A stretch of DNA of 64,000 nt, taken from assembly GCA_973895155.1 (NCBI GenBank), contig OZ316899.1, positions 5,087,241 through 5,151,240 of the forward strand, read 5' to 3'. The position numbers were made by a program, and so were the translations under genes. Every line of letters begins with the position of its first letter. Position 1 is the stretch's first letter. The notes beneath the pieces were generated by a model. That model saw only the letters and a list, made by a program, of their open reading frames with translations. It ran no database searches and was not told the origin of the DNA. The DNA is from Marsupella aquatica (taxonomy: Eukaryota; Plantae; Marchantiophyta). Shown here piece by piece: positions 39,856-53,253 of this stretch.

Positions 39856-42080
39856 GTGACGGCTCACATTCGCACCTCGAGCAAGCAGAGTGCAAGCAGA
39901 AGCCAACAACTGTCAGTTGCGGAGGAGAACACGGGGGGCATAAGCAGCTACCGAGCAATGCGAGAGAAGGGAATGAGCAACATCAATCAAACAACACATT
40001 TTTGGGGATGCTTGTTCGAATGGGCAAGTGAGTACGTCGGGACTTACGAGGAGGAAGAATCAATAAGAGCAGCCTGCGAGCGACAGAAACTTGCTCGACT
40101 GTGGGAATTGCAGAAGACGGCCTTCTTAGGAGGAGAATTCATCAAGGCTGAATTCCTGTGGATACCTACTGGCGACAAGCTTGACAACCTTCTAATTTGA
40201 GACAACAAAATTGTCAGCATCGAACAAGCCATCAACAATTGCAACAACAAACATTGGGACCTGAAAGGTTGCATGGTGGCGTGGACGAAAGCAACAGTGT
40301 TGGGAGAATCGTCAAGTGCGACTAAAATGAAGAGGAAAATGGCCAACAATGAAGAAAACACACCGTCCAAGAGGATGAGGTTGGCAGTATCAAGGAAGCT
40401 AGCCGAACAAGGGAGGAAAAGAGAGGAGGAAGCCAAGGAACAAGAAGTCGACCCAGTCAATGCCGTCCCTACCCAAGATGACACCTGGAAGGGCTGGGCA
40501 ACAATAATACCACTGGCAGGGCAGCTACATTTTGCACGAGAAGAGGATGCATGCTTTACAGCCATGCAAACCAAGAAGTACCAGGGCTTCATGGCCGGAT
40601 CAGGCTTGGAGACCTTTGTAAGACTACCATGGCTGAAAAGGGAAGTGTCAGAATCAAACTTGTTTGGTTATCACATGCCGTTGGTATGCCGGTATGCCTG
40701 GAGTCAAATCTTTGCCCCGATCATTCCTCTGTAGGCTAGAGCGCCAAAAGAGGAATCAAAACCAAGGCCGGCAGCAAAGCAACCCAACCCGCCCGACACC
40801 CTCATGATAGCTCAGGTCTTTCGATAGGTGCCGGAAGCCGGGCCGATGCAACAACCGGCCATGCAGAGCCTCCTGCACATATTGAACAAGGAGAAGGCGG
40901 CTCTAGCACCAGAGGCAACAGTAGCAGGCACCAAAAGAGCCGCTAGAGGAGAACCCATGGCCGGGGCCATAAAACCAAGTAGGCCAGAAAACAAGCCAGG
41001 GGTGCGGATGTATGTAGGAGCCTCTAGTGAAGAATCAGAGGAATTGGAACCCAGGGTTCCCAGTCCTGAAAAGGAGTGTGGAAGTCAGGTGCGAGAGCCA
41101 AAAGGGCAAGCCGCACGCATGTATAATCCCCGGCAGGAGGCCAGGTTTACGGCTAGTCCTAGAGAGGACAAGCAGGCACCAGGATGCCCGAAGGCCGGGG
41201 AATACGTGGAGGAATACCATGAGGACTTGGGTTACGGGTCGGATCGCTCGGTACTAGGGGTGCAGACCTGCGGCTGTTTTATCCCCAGACTACCAAGAGT
41301 GGTGCGTGGGGATCCACAATAGTAGAGGAGCCCGGAGTCTTCCCCACCGGACGCACCTCAACCAATTTTTTATGGAAGACAACACGCCGATCAGGAGTTG
41401 CAGTAGCAATTCAATGACCTCGAGGAAGCAACCCTGGCCAAGGAGAAGGACTTGCCAGGCGATGGATGGCCGGAGGACATTTGGCAACTGGCAGGGACTC
41501 AAGCCGGGCCTTTGCCCACGTTTGAGGAGATATGGAGGGCGGCTTGGGAAAGAAGGCCACATTGGGAGATGCCAACATCTCCTAACCACTCCACCTATGC
41601 ATGTTCCAAAGCCCTGGAATATGGGAGGATGTGCGAGCTCCTCGCCCTTGGCATCTTTGGGGACGAGTTAGAGAGGGGAGCCTTCATCCATAAGGAGATG
41701 TTGGAGAAAATCCAATTGGAGGACGCATTGGCCTTGGAGAGGATGAAGAAGGAGGAAGTCATCCGACGGCTAAGAGAGAAGGAAGCCAAGGCCGGAGAGT
41801 TAAAGGTGGCCAAGCAGGCCCAGGACGAGCTTTGAGTTAGGAAGCATGAAATAAGTATCATGCAGGGGCAACTAGCCCAGACTCAAGAAGACTTGGCCGA
41901 AGCCCTCAAGGAAAAGGAGAAGTGGAAGTAGGAGCTGAAGAAGGTAAAGGCAGCTCACACAACGACCTGCAACAGAGCCATGATCGAGGCCCAGAGGAAG
42001 GAGCGGGCACTGAAGGATGAAATCAAAGGATGCCGCAAGGCCATTCAGCAGAAACAAGCCAAACTTGATGAGACCTATAG
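39856..42080 (+). pseudogene. Gypsy B 3' extra ORF, first part (continues at 54952-55942)
   Basis: Same-strand ORF remnants after the integrase with a coiled-coil end. The frame continues across the Sola insertion. Confidence 0.65.
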
Positions 42081-42096
42081 ATCAGCCTATTCATTA

Positions 42097-42440
42097 AAAG
42101 TGTATTATTATTTGATTTATATACATTTGGGCAATGAAAAGTGTACTTTTGGGCTTGAAAAAGTGTACATTTGGCCAATGAAAAGTGTACATTTGGGGAT
42201 AGAAAAATGTACAATTGGCCTAAAGAGTGTATATTTGGGCAATGAAAAGTGTATATTTGAACATCAAAATAGGTACATTTGGCTTTAAAAGTGTACATTT
42301 GAGTACATTTGGCCTAGAAAGTGTACATTTGAGTGAAAAAAACATACATTTGGCTTAAAAAGTGTACATTTAAGTGCATTTGGTCTAGAAAGTGTAGCAT
42401 TGAGTGCAACAAAGTGTACATTTGGCCTAAAAAGTGTACC
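42097..42440. repeat. Left subterminal array of AAAGTGTACATTT(GG)
   Basis: More than 10 copies spaced roughly 20-30 bp apart. Confidence 0.9.
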
Positions 42441-42686
42441 AACTCTTATTATAATCATTTAAAAGAAAGGAATGAATAGAAAAATATTTTTAATTATGCA
42501 AAAAAAACAAACATTCATATTCATAACGATCAAAAGTTTAGAAAATGAGGAGATAGTATGACTAACACTCAATGGCATGGTCTCACATTAAAACTATTAA
42601 AATAGTAAATAACTAGTAGGTACTTGTTACTATCTAAGTAACTATCTATTTAATAATTATTATAGCTTCGCAAGTAACAACTAAGT

Positions 42687-45600
42687 CTACTTGTCCATCC
42701 TTTGGAGATAACTTTGGACAGTTTGTAGAACATTTCGAGGAATCTTCAAACCTCTGCCCGCCATGTTTTCTTCTTTCATGCCAGATTTAAAACCATACAT
42801 TGCAGAATTTGCATACTGCCAATGTTGAGCGTTCTCACCAAACCCTGGATCTCGTTCCCATGTCTTAGTGGACATGAAGCAGTTTAGATACCGTGCACTC
42901 TCAATCACATCAAGTTTAGAGTGTTTAGGCCTCCACCATTTGACTGGAAACATTGGAGCATATTGTTGAGGCAGAGGAGGGTTTGTTGGAGATGTAGTTG
43001 GGACTTCATGCTTAGGGTCAACCGAACCCAAAGCTCTCACCAACCAGAAATGACCTCCACCATTTTTATTCTCCCAATCATCCTCGGGTCGAAGAAATAC
43101 AAAGTTCCCTTCACAAATATCCTGTAGGGGAATCCACCGTCCTTGTTCTCTCTCAGCTCGAGATCCAACAAATGGTGCCGCTTGATCTTCCATCTCTTCC
43201 AAGACCTCATTTTGAAGAGCCGTCATCTCCGCATTCTCCTCATCTTCACTTGGAGGACCACTTTGTTCCGGTTGGTTGACCTTGTAACCAGTGCCATGGT
43301 TAGTCTTAGGCCAAAATCCGTTTTTCAAGGGAAATTGAGTACTTCCCTCCCCTTCTAGTGCAAGCCCATTTGTCAACAACTCCACAATTCTCTCCCAATA
43401 TTTCACAAGAGGAAATCTTTCCTTATATGCTATAGATGTCTCATCAGTGCAACTCCTTCTCAAAAAATCAAGGTACTTGGTAAGAAATGGGATAATCTCT
43501 TCAGATTTTTTGTGTATCTCTCCCATGGATTTAGCTAAGGGCTCTCCACTAGGTAAAAGAAGAGAATTTGTTGTCAGATCTGTTGCCCAAATGCACCTTC
43601 CACCAACTGGAGTCCAAGCTTGCTTTACATGGGACTTATACTGAAATATTGGTACATTATCTCTCATAGAGAAAAAAAAATGATACGGGTTTTGAGTGAC
43701 CTTGAATATCTTTAACTTTGAAAGTTTGAAGATATTCTTTGTAAGATGCAACTTCTTGTATCAATTTGGGAACTGGATGAATGCTCTCACATTCCCAAAC
43801 CTCTGCCATAAGAGCAAGGAGAGTTGCAACTTCCTTGTGCTGAACTTGATATGATACCTTCGAAAAGAGTGCATCAACATCTTTGTGCATATGACCAACC
43901 ATAAGAAAAGACATTTGAACAGTTTCAAATACTCCTCTACTCACAAACTCACTACAAAATGCCATGACAGTCTGGTTTTTGTTATCCTTTGTTGAGTTAT
44001 CCATTTGCAATGTTAGGTGCCTTGGCAAGGGCTTGAAAGATGGACTGCCTTGTTCCCCATGCATGTCACCTCCTTGATCCTCACCATGTTGGGTGGAGAC
44101 CGTCTCCGTCTGACTCTCGGCTGCATCTTCAGAACCAATATACCTATTCATTGGAATACTCTTTGGTTCCAAATATCCCTTAAAAAATGCATCAAAGTCA
44201 AGAAGGGCTTGAAAGAAAGGTCTATGAGGTTCCAAATAAAGGCCATCCAACATGTCACCTGTCTTGTCTCCATTGTACTCTTCAAGGTCTTGAAGACACT
44301 TAGCCAAGGATGTCACCGTGAAATTGGCATCTCCTGGCCAAAGGCCAGTGACACTAAAGTGTGCATAGACTCCTGGATCCCTTCCGTGGGTCAACATCCC
44401 TGTGAGAGCAATAGGTAGAGGCATCCCATGACCCGAAAGTGATTTAGGAGTACTGACCATTTTTGGAATCCACGTCTTTGCTTGATCCATCTTGTCATGA
44501 ATGATGCAAAGATATTCCCCTGGATGTTGCTTAGCCATCACTCGATGAGCATTGTAAACATATCTATGTGACATTTGCTCACAAAGATGTTGCGCTCGTT
44601 TTTCTTCAATTTCAGCACGTTCTTTTTTCCTTCTTTCTCGCATCAAACTATCTTTGTATTCACAACAAAGAGTACACTTGGCAAATACACCATCTTTATG
44701 GAAACTGAAGTTTGCGAATGATTTGCTCCAAATCTTGTACAGAGTATTCTCTGTAACTGGAGGAAGCCCCTCTTCCTTCATCTTTGTTCTCACATCTTCC
44801 AAAATCTCCAGCTTCTTGTAACATGTTGGAAGACGATATTCAGTGGAGTCTGTCCCATGAGCCCCAGCATAAGGTATATGAGGCATGGACTCTGCATTTC
44901 GAGTCAAAAAATCCTCCAACAGAGCTCGTGCATGCAAGGTATTTGACCTTGTTTTCATGGAGCCCGAGTTTCCATGGAACCCAATTTTGCAGCCCTCCAC
45001 ATATCTCCTTTTGTAGTCATAATATTTTGTGTGGCTAAAGCCATGGATGATTGCAAATGCAAGACACATACGACCATACCCTTGAGAACATGGTGCCCCT
45101 TATCACGAACATCATCTTCTCTATAGTGGAAGAGGTTGAAAATGTGTGATGTTTTTGACTCACTAGACATCCCGTGAAATTCTATCCGAATATCTTCTAT
45201 GTCTTCTCTTGGCATAGTCAGACAACATTTCTGCTTGTAACAATTCTCTCTTTTAATTTCATCAATCGAAGCTTCCGTTGTTTTTGAAACTGTCTTGGTT
45301 TCCAACAGCCTTCTCTTCTTTTCAATCGGATCTACATGAGTCCTCTTGTTGAAATTGTATGGCCTTGTGCGCAGCATTCCCCTATCATTTACATTTGGAT
45401 AGAGATCATCCCTATCCACCGACTCCATCCTCTCTGAACCTTCAACCAAAATGTCCGACAAAAATTTCCCATTTGCAAGTAGTTTTGTTGAATCAATTTG
45501 CCACCGAACCAAAGTAATTACTCCCCTGTGGAAGTTGGGAAAGTATTGTGATTCCACCACATCTTTCACAGCAATCCCTACATGGTCCTCACCAAGCATT

Positions 45601-46430
45601 TCATCGTCAACCGCTGCCATTTCTTGAGGCAAAGTGATGGTCCCCGTGGCAACCCTATTGGTTCGATCTGAACCGATGTATAGTTTGACCAACTCTGACA
45701 TCCAATTTGACCGTTGGAAATAGTCACAATTAGTTTTAGAAATTTCAGCTGAGGGAGACTCCACAACAAAACTCCGCTCTATGTTGATATCATCACCCAC
45801 ATCCTTCTTTGAGAAACTCTTTCTACTTCGGACATCTGCCACGTCCCAGAGAACCCATGAGTCTTTTGTCTCGTCAATTGTTTCAACCCCACTGTGTTTG
45901 TAAGGTAAAACCGTACTCCCATGAATGACATCAGTGACCCTCACACTGATCCGTGATTCACCAAGTAAAATGTTGTGACATCTTTCCATTGGATTTGTAT
46001 TGAAAACAACTCCAAGGGCTACACAACACCCAAAGATAAACATTTCAACCTCATCCCCTTGCCTCGGAGTGGTCGATGAGTCCTCCTCTACAATTGGATT
46101 TTTCTCCAAATTACTCTCGGGTCTATTTGAACAACTACCTACACTAATGCGTTTTTGAGAATTTGTTGTCATTGATAGATATGCGCAAGACAAATCCCAA
46201 ATAACGCAAGAATCAATGGCATCAAAAAGGTTTTCTGCCCGAGGCATCGGAAATGGTAGTTTTGTGGTTCGGTCAAAAACTTTCTCAATGAGAACTCCCA
46301 TTCGATTCTCTCTCAACAATATCTTTTGAACACTATCTTGCGGGTTGACTTTTTGAAATGTCCCGCTCGCAACATCGTAACCATCATTTGTCAATATCAC
46401 ATTGTCTCCTCTCAAAAATAATCCGGTCAT
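42687..46430 (-). pseudogene. Sola-like DDE/D transposase, ~1240 aa, with two frameshifts
   Basis: FAKCTLCCEYK, CIIHDKMDQAKT, LTLQMDNSTKDNKN, FLMVGHMHKDVDALFS. Frameshifts at ~45065 and at the A9 run ~43672 join ORFs 44955-46430, 43657-45069 and 42687-43751. Confidence 0.85.
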
Positions 46431-48170
46431 TCCTACAACGTATTCACCTGCACAATTTTAAATGTAAAGTATTAGTTAAGAATGGTCCCAACTAGGAAGC
46501 ACATAGGTGTCAACCCTCTCCAAGGACAGTGCGCATATCGGGATTATCCCCATCAAGCAAAATAATAGGTCCCCAAAAAATTCCTATCTAGCCCTAAGAT
46601 CCCTGATCCCAATTTAGACATAGGATAGGGATGATCCCTGTCCAAACAATGGATAGGGTCTGTCAGTGTCCAAACGGCGAACAAGGATCATCCCTGCCTA
46701 AACGGCGGATAGTGTCTGTCACTGTCCAAAAGGCGGACACGCCTGATCCCTGTCCACATGGTGGATTGGGTCTATTCCCTGTCCAAACAACGGACAGGGA
46801 TGATTCAAGGAAACTTTTCATATTGGGGTCCAATCAAGAAAATACCTCAAACGGCGGACAGGGAGCATCTGAAGAATGACCGCGGACACGGATCCCTATT
46901 GAAAGGGTAGATAGGGATCATCCCTATCAAAACGGCAGACAGGGACCACCCCTATCCAAACGGTGGACAGAGATCATCCCTATCCAAATGGTGGACAGGG
47001 ATCATCCCCATCCAAATGGCGAATACGGATCATTATCCAACCAGAGGATCCAAACTGTAGAGGATCCAATAAAGTGTTGTAGTTCATATGGTCCTCTACA
47101 GTCCTCTACGGTGGACAGGGATCATCCCTATCCAAATATTGGACAGGGATCATCCCTATCCAAACAGCAGATAGAGATGATCCCTATCCAGATAGCAAAC
47201 AGGGATGACCCCTGTACGGACAATTGACTCTACACAGTAATTTAATGTTTGAGCAAAGAATGGTTGGATTGAGATGATCCCAATCGTGAGTTGGGCTGGG
47301 ATTTTTTCACTTCAACCTTAACTTAGATATAGTAATTCCTAAATTTGCGGATATCAATGGAATATGCTACAATTCTATAATTAGGTTTAAAGTTACCTGT
47401 AATGGAAATGATTCTTGAACCCAAAACTCAATTTAGTTTATGTTGCAAACCAAGGATTAAAATACTGTGTTGAAGGGGTAGTTATCAGTAACCTGGTAAA
47501 CTAAATGCTTCAGGGGTGTTGAAGAAATTAAAACTAGATGTTCTATCTGGAAAACAAGAGTGTCTCAATGGGGCTCCATAATCAACGGACCTGGTTGAGG
47601 AACTGAACAAAAATCTAGAAATGAAAATACCAAATGAGGACCAGCCGGACAAGTATCTTATACCAGTTGAAGATCGCCCTTATGGATAAGGTGATGCGTG
47701 ATCAGCCTTAAGCAATGGCGAGTGGATTAGGTCGGGCGAGTGGATTAGGTCGGGCGGCGCACTTTAGGGCAGCCGTGCATTTAGGGTTTTCCACTCGCCT
47801 CGGCCTCCCACGTGTTCAGTGTGCCTTGCCTTGCCTCGGGGGGGGGGTAAAGGAGGCAGGAGGTCCCACTTGGGCCTCATTCTTCATTCCCTCCTCGCTC
47901 CTCGCTTGCTCTCCTCCTCGCTTGCTCTCCTCCTCGCTCGCTCTCCTCCCTCCTCCCTCCTCCGTCCGCTCCTCCTCTTCTCTACTCCTGCTCTTGCGCT
48001 CCTTCGCTCGCTCCTCCGCCTCATTCGCTTCCAATCTCCTTCGCTCTGACGCCTCCGCACTCCTCCGCTCTGCCTCCGCACTAAAGGTTATCCCCATAGC
48101 CGCCACGTTAATTGCCCTAGATCTAACACTCTGCAATCCTCCACGTGTCCATAAGGCCACGTGTCACACG

Positions 48171-51100
48171 ATGAAGCCATCCAGACCTATTCCAGTGTGT
48201 CTCGTTAGTGAGCCAATAGAGGAGACAGACCTCTCATCCATTGAGGACGTGGTAGAGACGGCCCTCGACGATTCCAGAGCCTTTCAATCGCTCAATCCAA
48301 GTGAGTATCCCAGTAACAAGTTGAATATTTGTGTGGTGGACAGAGATGATCCCTGTCCAAGTAGAGTCCAAATAGAAGATAGTGATCTTTATTAGGAATT
48401 GGACAGAGATGATCTCTATCCAAATGGATGGAGATCATCCCTGTCCAATTGCATAGATATCATTTATTTCCAAACTGACGATAGAGGATGTCCTATCAGA
48501 CGATGCTGAGGACCTTTATTAGGAATTGGATAGAGATAATCCCTGTCCAAGTAGAGGATAGAGATGATCCTTGTCCAATTCATAATAACGATTGTCAGTA
48601 TCCTCTCATTGAACAGAGATGATCTTTATTACAAATTGGACAGAGATGATCCCTGTCCAATTCGTAATAACGATCGTCAGCATCCTCTCATCGAACAGAG
48701 ATGATCTTTATTACAAATTGGACAGAGATGATCCCTGTCCAATTCGTAATAATGATCGTCAGTATCCTCTCATCGAACAGAGATGATCTTTATTACAAAT
48801 TGGACAGAGATGATCCCTGTCCAATTCGTAATAATGATTGTCAGTATCCTCTCATCGAACAGAGATGATCTTTATTACAAATTGGACAGAGATGATTCCT
48901 GTCCAAGTAGAGGATAGAGATGATCCCTGTCCAATTTTTGTCAATTACGAAAGTAAGATTTACAAACTAATATGCCTGGATGGGACTATTGCAGGGAGCT
49001 ATCTAAATGCATTGAAACCATAGATTTTAGACGCAGATTGCTCCGAGGGAGTCTTGTTGGAGCAGAGCAGAGAAGATTTTCATTGGGGCCTTGAGTTCTC
49101 CAGAGTTGATTTTGATTTCCTTAGCACGTCAACGAGACGGGATCCCATTTTGTGCATAAAGGTCAGAACTACAGATCAGGAGACTCTTGTACTCGGACCT
49201 GTAGTCTTCATTGGAATTGAAGGAAGAGGGTTTGTTTCCGTCATTCTTGAGCTCCATGAAAGGATACAATGGGTTAAACTACATCTACCATCAAAATCAT
49301 ATTCTTCAGAATTCAATGTTGAGTGGTCTGCAGCTGGAGAACTTGGCGTGTTGGCAATGGGATTTTTCCCTAAGTCGTATTCAACTCAAAAGGTGACTGC
49401 TGGAGTGAAGGGGATTCTTCCACTTGACATCATGTATGGGTTTCAATATGTGAAGCTGAATATGCATAAACACCAAGGGAATTGTACATTTCCGGTGACA
49501 TGGATTTTAAATAATTTGCTTGACAAGGCAGGATTCCTATCTTCAAAATCAGGTGTTTTCCTAACTTGACAAGAAAATTGCATTTGCGGAGGAGTTTGCA
49601 ATGGATAATGCAAAAAAGTGGGTAGAATCATTACCCAAGCCTACAAGTGTTGCACCAGTAGTGGTGAACAAGCCTACAAATGTTGCACCAGTAGTGGTGA
49701 ACAAGCCTCCAGTAGTTGTTAACAAAGAAGTTCCGAAGCCTAGAAAAATATCTCAGGAGACAACAACCGGGACTGCAGGAACAACGGCCAGGATAGCCTC
49801 CAAACAAGTGGTAGGGAAGCGAAGATAAAGAGAGAGGAAGGAGCGCAAGAAAACTTAGACACTGCCAAAGGAACCCGAGAAGAAGCCAGTAAAGAAGAAA
49901 CAGAAAACTGACAAGACTATTGCGCGATCAACTCCGACGGACGTACAGATGCTCCCAGAGGATGAGGGAGACAAACTTGATGCCCCGGAGGAGAAGAAGG
50001 TCTTAGAAGGGAATGATGTTCTCCAAAGAATAGAGCAGTACTATACTTTTGGGATAAATGAAATATTTTCTATTCCAGTGGAGAAAATTTATCCTGCTCC
50101 GGCAAGGTTATGTTACAGGATGCTCAACAGTGCCCATGTGAAGCACATAGCCGAATCCATGGTGAAAAACCCTGGACATGAACCTCATGTTGCGGACCTT
50201 CTTCCTTACAATCCGAAGCTTAGAAAGTTGTTTCATTTTGACAGCACGGAGAACGACCGCAAAGACCTTCTTGCAGGAGTGAAGAAAGGCGAGATTGTTT
50301 TCCTTGCCGTCAGTGGGCAACATTCTGCTAGGGCGGCCAAATGGGTTCTTGAGTGGGCCGAAACTGATGCCAAGCTCACAGTTTTGGCAAAAAAGTTAAA
50401 ATATAGGAAGGCTAGATTATTGTCAGACCTTACGCCATCGGCTATAATGGTTGAGCACTCAATGAGATCAAATGCCATCAATTCTTCGATGGTGTTTCAA
50501 TCGTGCTTCAAAGATACAATTGTTCATGCAAGAAAACAATTCCTTGAAACTGGAGACCAAGAAAGCCAAAGCACGGGGACAACAAATCAAACGCCCAAGA
50601 CAATCAGAAATTTCAGGTGAGTTCTTGTTTGGACAGAGATGGTCTCTGTCCAAGAGTGTGACCTTTGGTTACGTTGATTTTTGTTCAATATATTTTGGGT
50701 TATGACTTGGATGGAGATGGTCTCTGTCCAAGAGTGAGACCTTCCATTCTGTAGATTTTACTTCATTCTACTTTTGGTTATGGCTTGGACGGAGATGGTC
50801 TCTGTCCAAGCAAGGGATTGTGTGTTGTCAAATCTCATTGATTGTAGATAACTTACAACATTCTCCCTAATTTTTGACTGTAGGATTATCTGGCATTGGC
50901 AAGGATGACCATGGGGAGAAAAGACTTGAAAAATGTATACTGGTTACTTTTTGCCGGCAATGATCTTTTCGAGTTATGGCGGTTAGTGTGCCAGATGTGG
51001 ATGGATGGAAAACTTCCTGATGGGGCAGGTACACAGGGAAACAAAAGGTCCAAAAAGGCAATAACCGTCGCCATGTTTCGTTGTTTTGATGGTGAAATCT

Positions 51101-53253
51101 CAAATAGAGATGTGACCAGAATTTTGAACAAGGTGAAGTCGGGTCAGATTTTATTGAAGAAAGATCCGACTAATAAGTCAGATGTTCCAATGATGGAGGA
51201 GTTTGCAAAGGAGGTGAAGATATTGATCAAATTGAAGTCTCCTATTGGAGATTACTACTTCAAGAAGGATCCAAAACACTTCCCAGCAGATACTGATTGG
51301 GCTAAAGTGATTGAAGCCCTCCCATTATTAGGTCCCGATTCGGAGTTGAACAGGTGCCAAAGAGCAGCTGGCGATGTATGGTTGACAAATTTGTTGAAGT
51401 CGAATCATACAAAGGAGAGTGAGATATTGCCAATGACATTGGTGATGCGTCTAGATGATATTTACTGTCAAAAGTTTGGCGGTGGGACAAGTTCTCGGAC
51501 CCAGCCATGGGTCACATTTTTTAGTAACAACCTAATGAAGACTGTGGATCCGAAGTCGTTGGAAGAACAATCTCCAACATGCCCTCTTGCAATTGTTGAA
51601 TTCAGCCGACTTCAGCAAAAAGAGTGGACTGAAGTAGAGATTTTGGTCCTCTTCCAATATATAGTAGAGCTACCATAGAATCCTACCATTGTTGTGATGA
51701 TAACTGTCCATCCGGGTTATCTTGTACTGAATGTCCTAAGCGCTCTTTGTAAATTAGGACATTCAAAAACTCTGAGTATTCACATTGAGTATGGGAGTTA
51801 TTACCGAGATGATCAACCTCACCCTCAAGACTCATGTTGGAAGGGAGGAATAGAAGAAGTTATCTTTGCCGGAATTTCTCGCGAGGAGAACGTCAGCTGG
51901 GATGAAGTGTTCAAGCCCAACCAAATGAACCCAAAATGGGTGTACGGTGAAAAGGATACTGATTTCGTGGTTGAGAAGGTCAAGGGAAAGGGAAAGGCCA
52001 AGGACGCGGACGAGGAGTCATTGCATGAAGATCTAAAAAATATGATGACCCCAGAAGAGGCGGCAATCCTTCTGCACATGGCACCTCGATTTGAGACTGT
52101 CGGCGCTCGGGGTGGGTGGGTGAATCCTCACGCCAAACCCACACGGATGATCCAAAAGATCATCCAAACACTGTCCGAGCCGGGGGATTTGATTCTTGAC
52201 TTTTTCTCTGGCAGTCAAGTGATGGAGGCATCCCTTTTTTCTCAACGTGAATGTTTTGTTTATTGTGACTCTCAACATGAGAGACATTTTTTGGAAGCAT
52301 ACGCTTTGTTCCTTTGTGAGAAGGTTCCCACCATCAAAGATCGTTATGATCGCTATGTCGGTGGAAGTTCTAGACATTGGGAACCCTCTTTTGCCGCTGT
52401 TGCTATTGAGGATGAATCAGATGGTGATCAAGAAGATGGAGCTGACCAATCAGTCAAAGACGATGGGCCATCGGAGGCATACGTGAAGAATTTGGATGAC
52501 TGAGTTGGCGAGGGTGAAAATATTGACCTTGTGGAAGACGATATGATTGTTGGATCTGCACCTTGCAGTTCACCAATTACAGATGTTGCCCCCATGGGCC
52601 CCAACGAGGGCCAATATGATGATAACTTGGATAGAGATGGTCTCCATCCACAAGTGCCTGAACAAGAGATGGAAGTTGATACTTTTGAAAAACTTTCTTC
52701 AAACAACCTTCTCAATCAAGGTGCGGAGAGGCATGGTGAGTCCAATGAACTTGACACATTGGGATTGAGACCACAGCCCATCCAAATAGCTGACATTCCC
52801 ATGAATGAAGCAAGTGCATCCACGACTGCTGACAACCAGGCAGGTGCTTCAATTTGTCCCGATACACTCTTTTCCGCTTTTGATGACAAATTGGTGTTTG
52901 TTTGATCACAATCAAGAAGTCCCGTTATCCTTCCACTCTCAAAAAAGAAAGGGAAGAGAGTAGGATCAACTGGATATAAGTCACTTGAATATGATTGTCG
53001 ATGTTACGTGTGGAAAAGTGGACCCGATGTAGGAACTGAAGTTGCATTGGATGCTGCTCAATCAATTTTGACCAATGACTCGTACAAAAAGCACAAGAAA
53101 GATCCAACTTATAGAAGTGGAGAATTGGGATTGATAACTCCAGTTTGGTCTGCACCTTATTGGGTAGAGGAGAGTACCTCCGATGTCAATTATGAGATCC
53201 AACAAGAACTCGGTGATGATATCTTGATTGATGAATATGGATCGCATTGTTAG
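48171..53253 (+). pseudogene. ParB-like domain fused to a beta-class DNA amino-methyltransferase-like domain (copy 2), ~1350 aa, two introns, several stops and frameshifts
   Basis: Exon 1 (48171-48300) joins in frame to 49037 (GTGAGT..CAG); intron 2 is 50617-50883. ParB-like: FSIPVEKIYPAP..YRMLNSAHVKHIAESM..FLAVSGQHSARA..MRSNAIN. MTase C-terminal motifs: VNPHAKPTRMIQKIIQTLSEPGDLILDFFSGS..SLFSQRECFVYCD. Confidence 0.82.
48556..48904. repeat. 82-bp tandem repeat (~4.3 units) in intron 1; each unit has one full and one degenerate palindrome
   Basis: Palindrome starts at 48556, 48638, 48720, 48802 and 48884; the sequences between them are near-identical. Confidence 0.95.

Noticed and set aside
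46631-47227. ORFs with repeated DRDHP/DRDDP peptides
   Set aside because: These are translation artefacts of the DNA palindrome array.
47715-48160. Long overlapping ORFs on both strands
   Set aside because: CT-rich low-complexity 5' leader. Only 48171-48300 is supported as an exon.
48300-48935. CRISPR-like array (palindromic repeat with regular spacing)
   Set aside because: The spacers are near-identical (82-bp tandem duplication), there are no cas genes, and the array lies in a spliceosomal intron.
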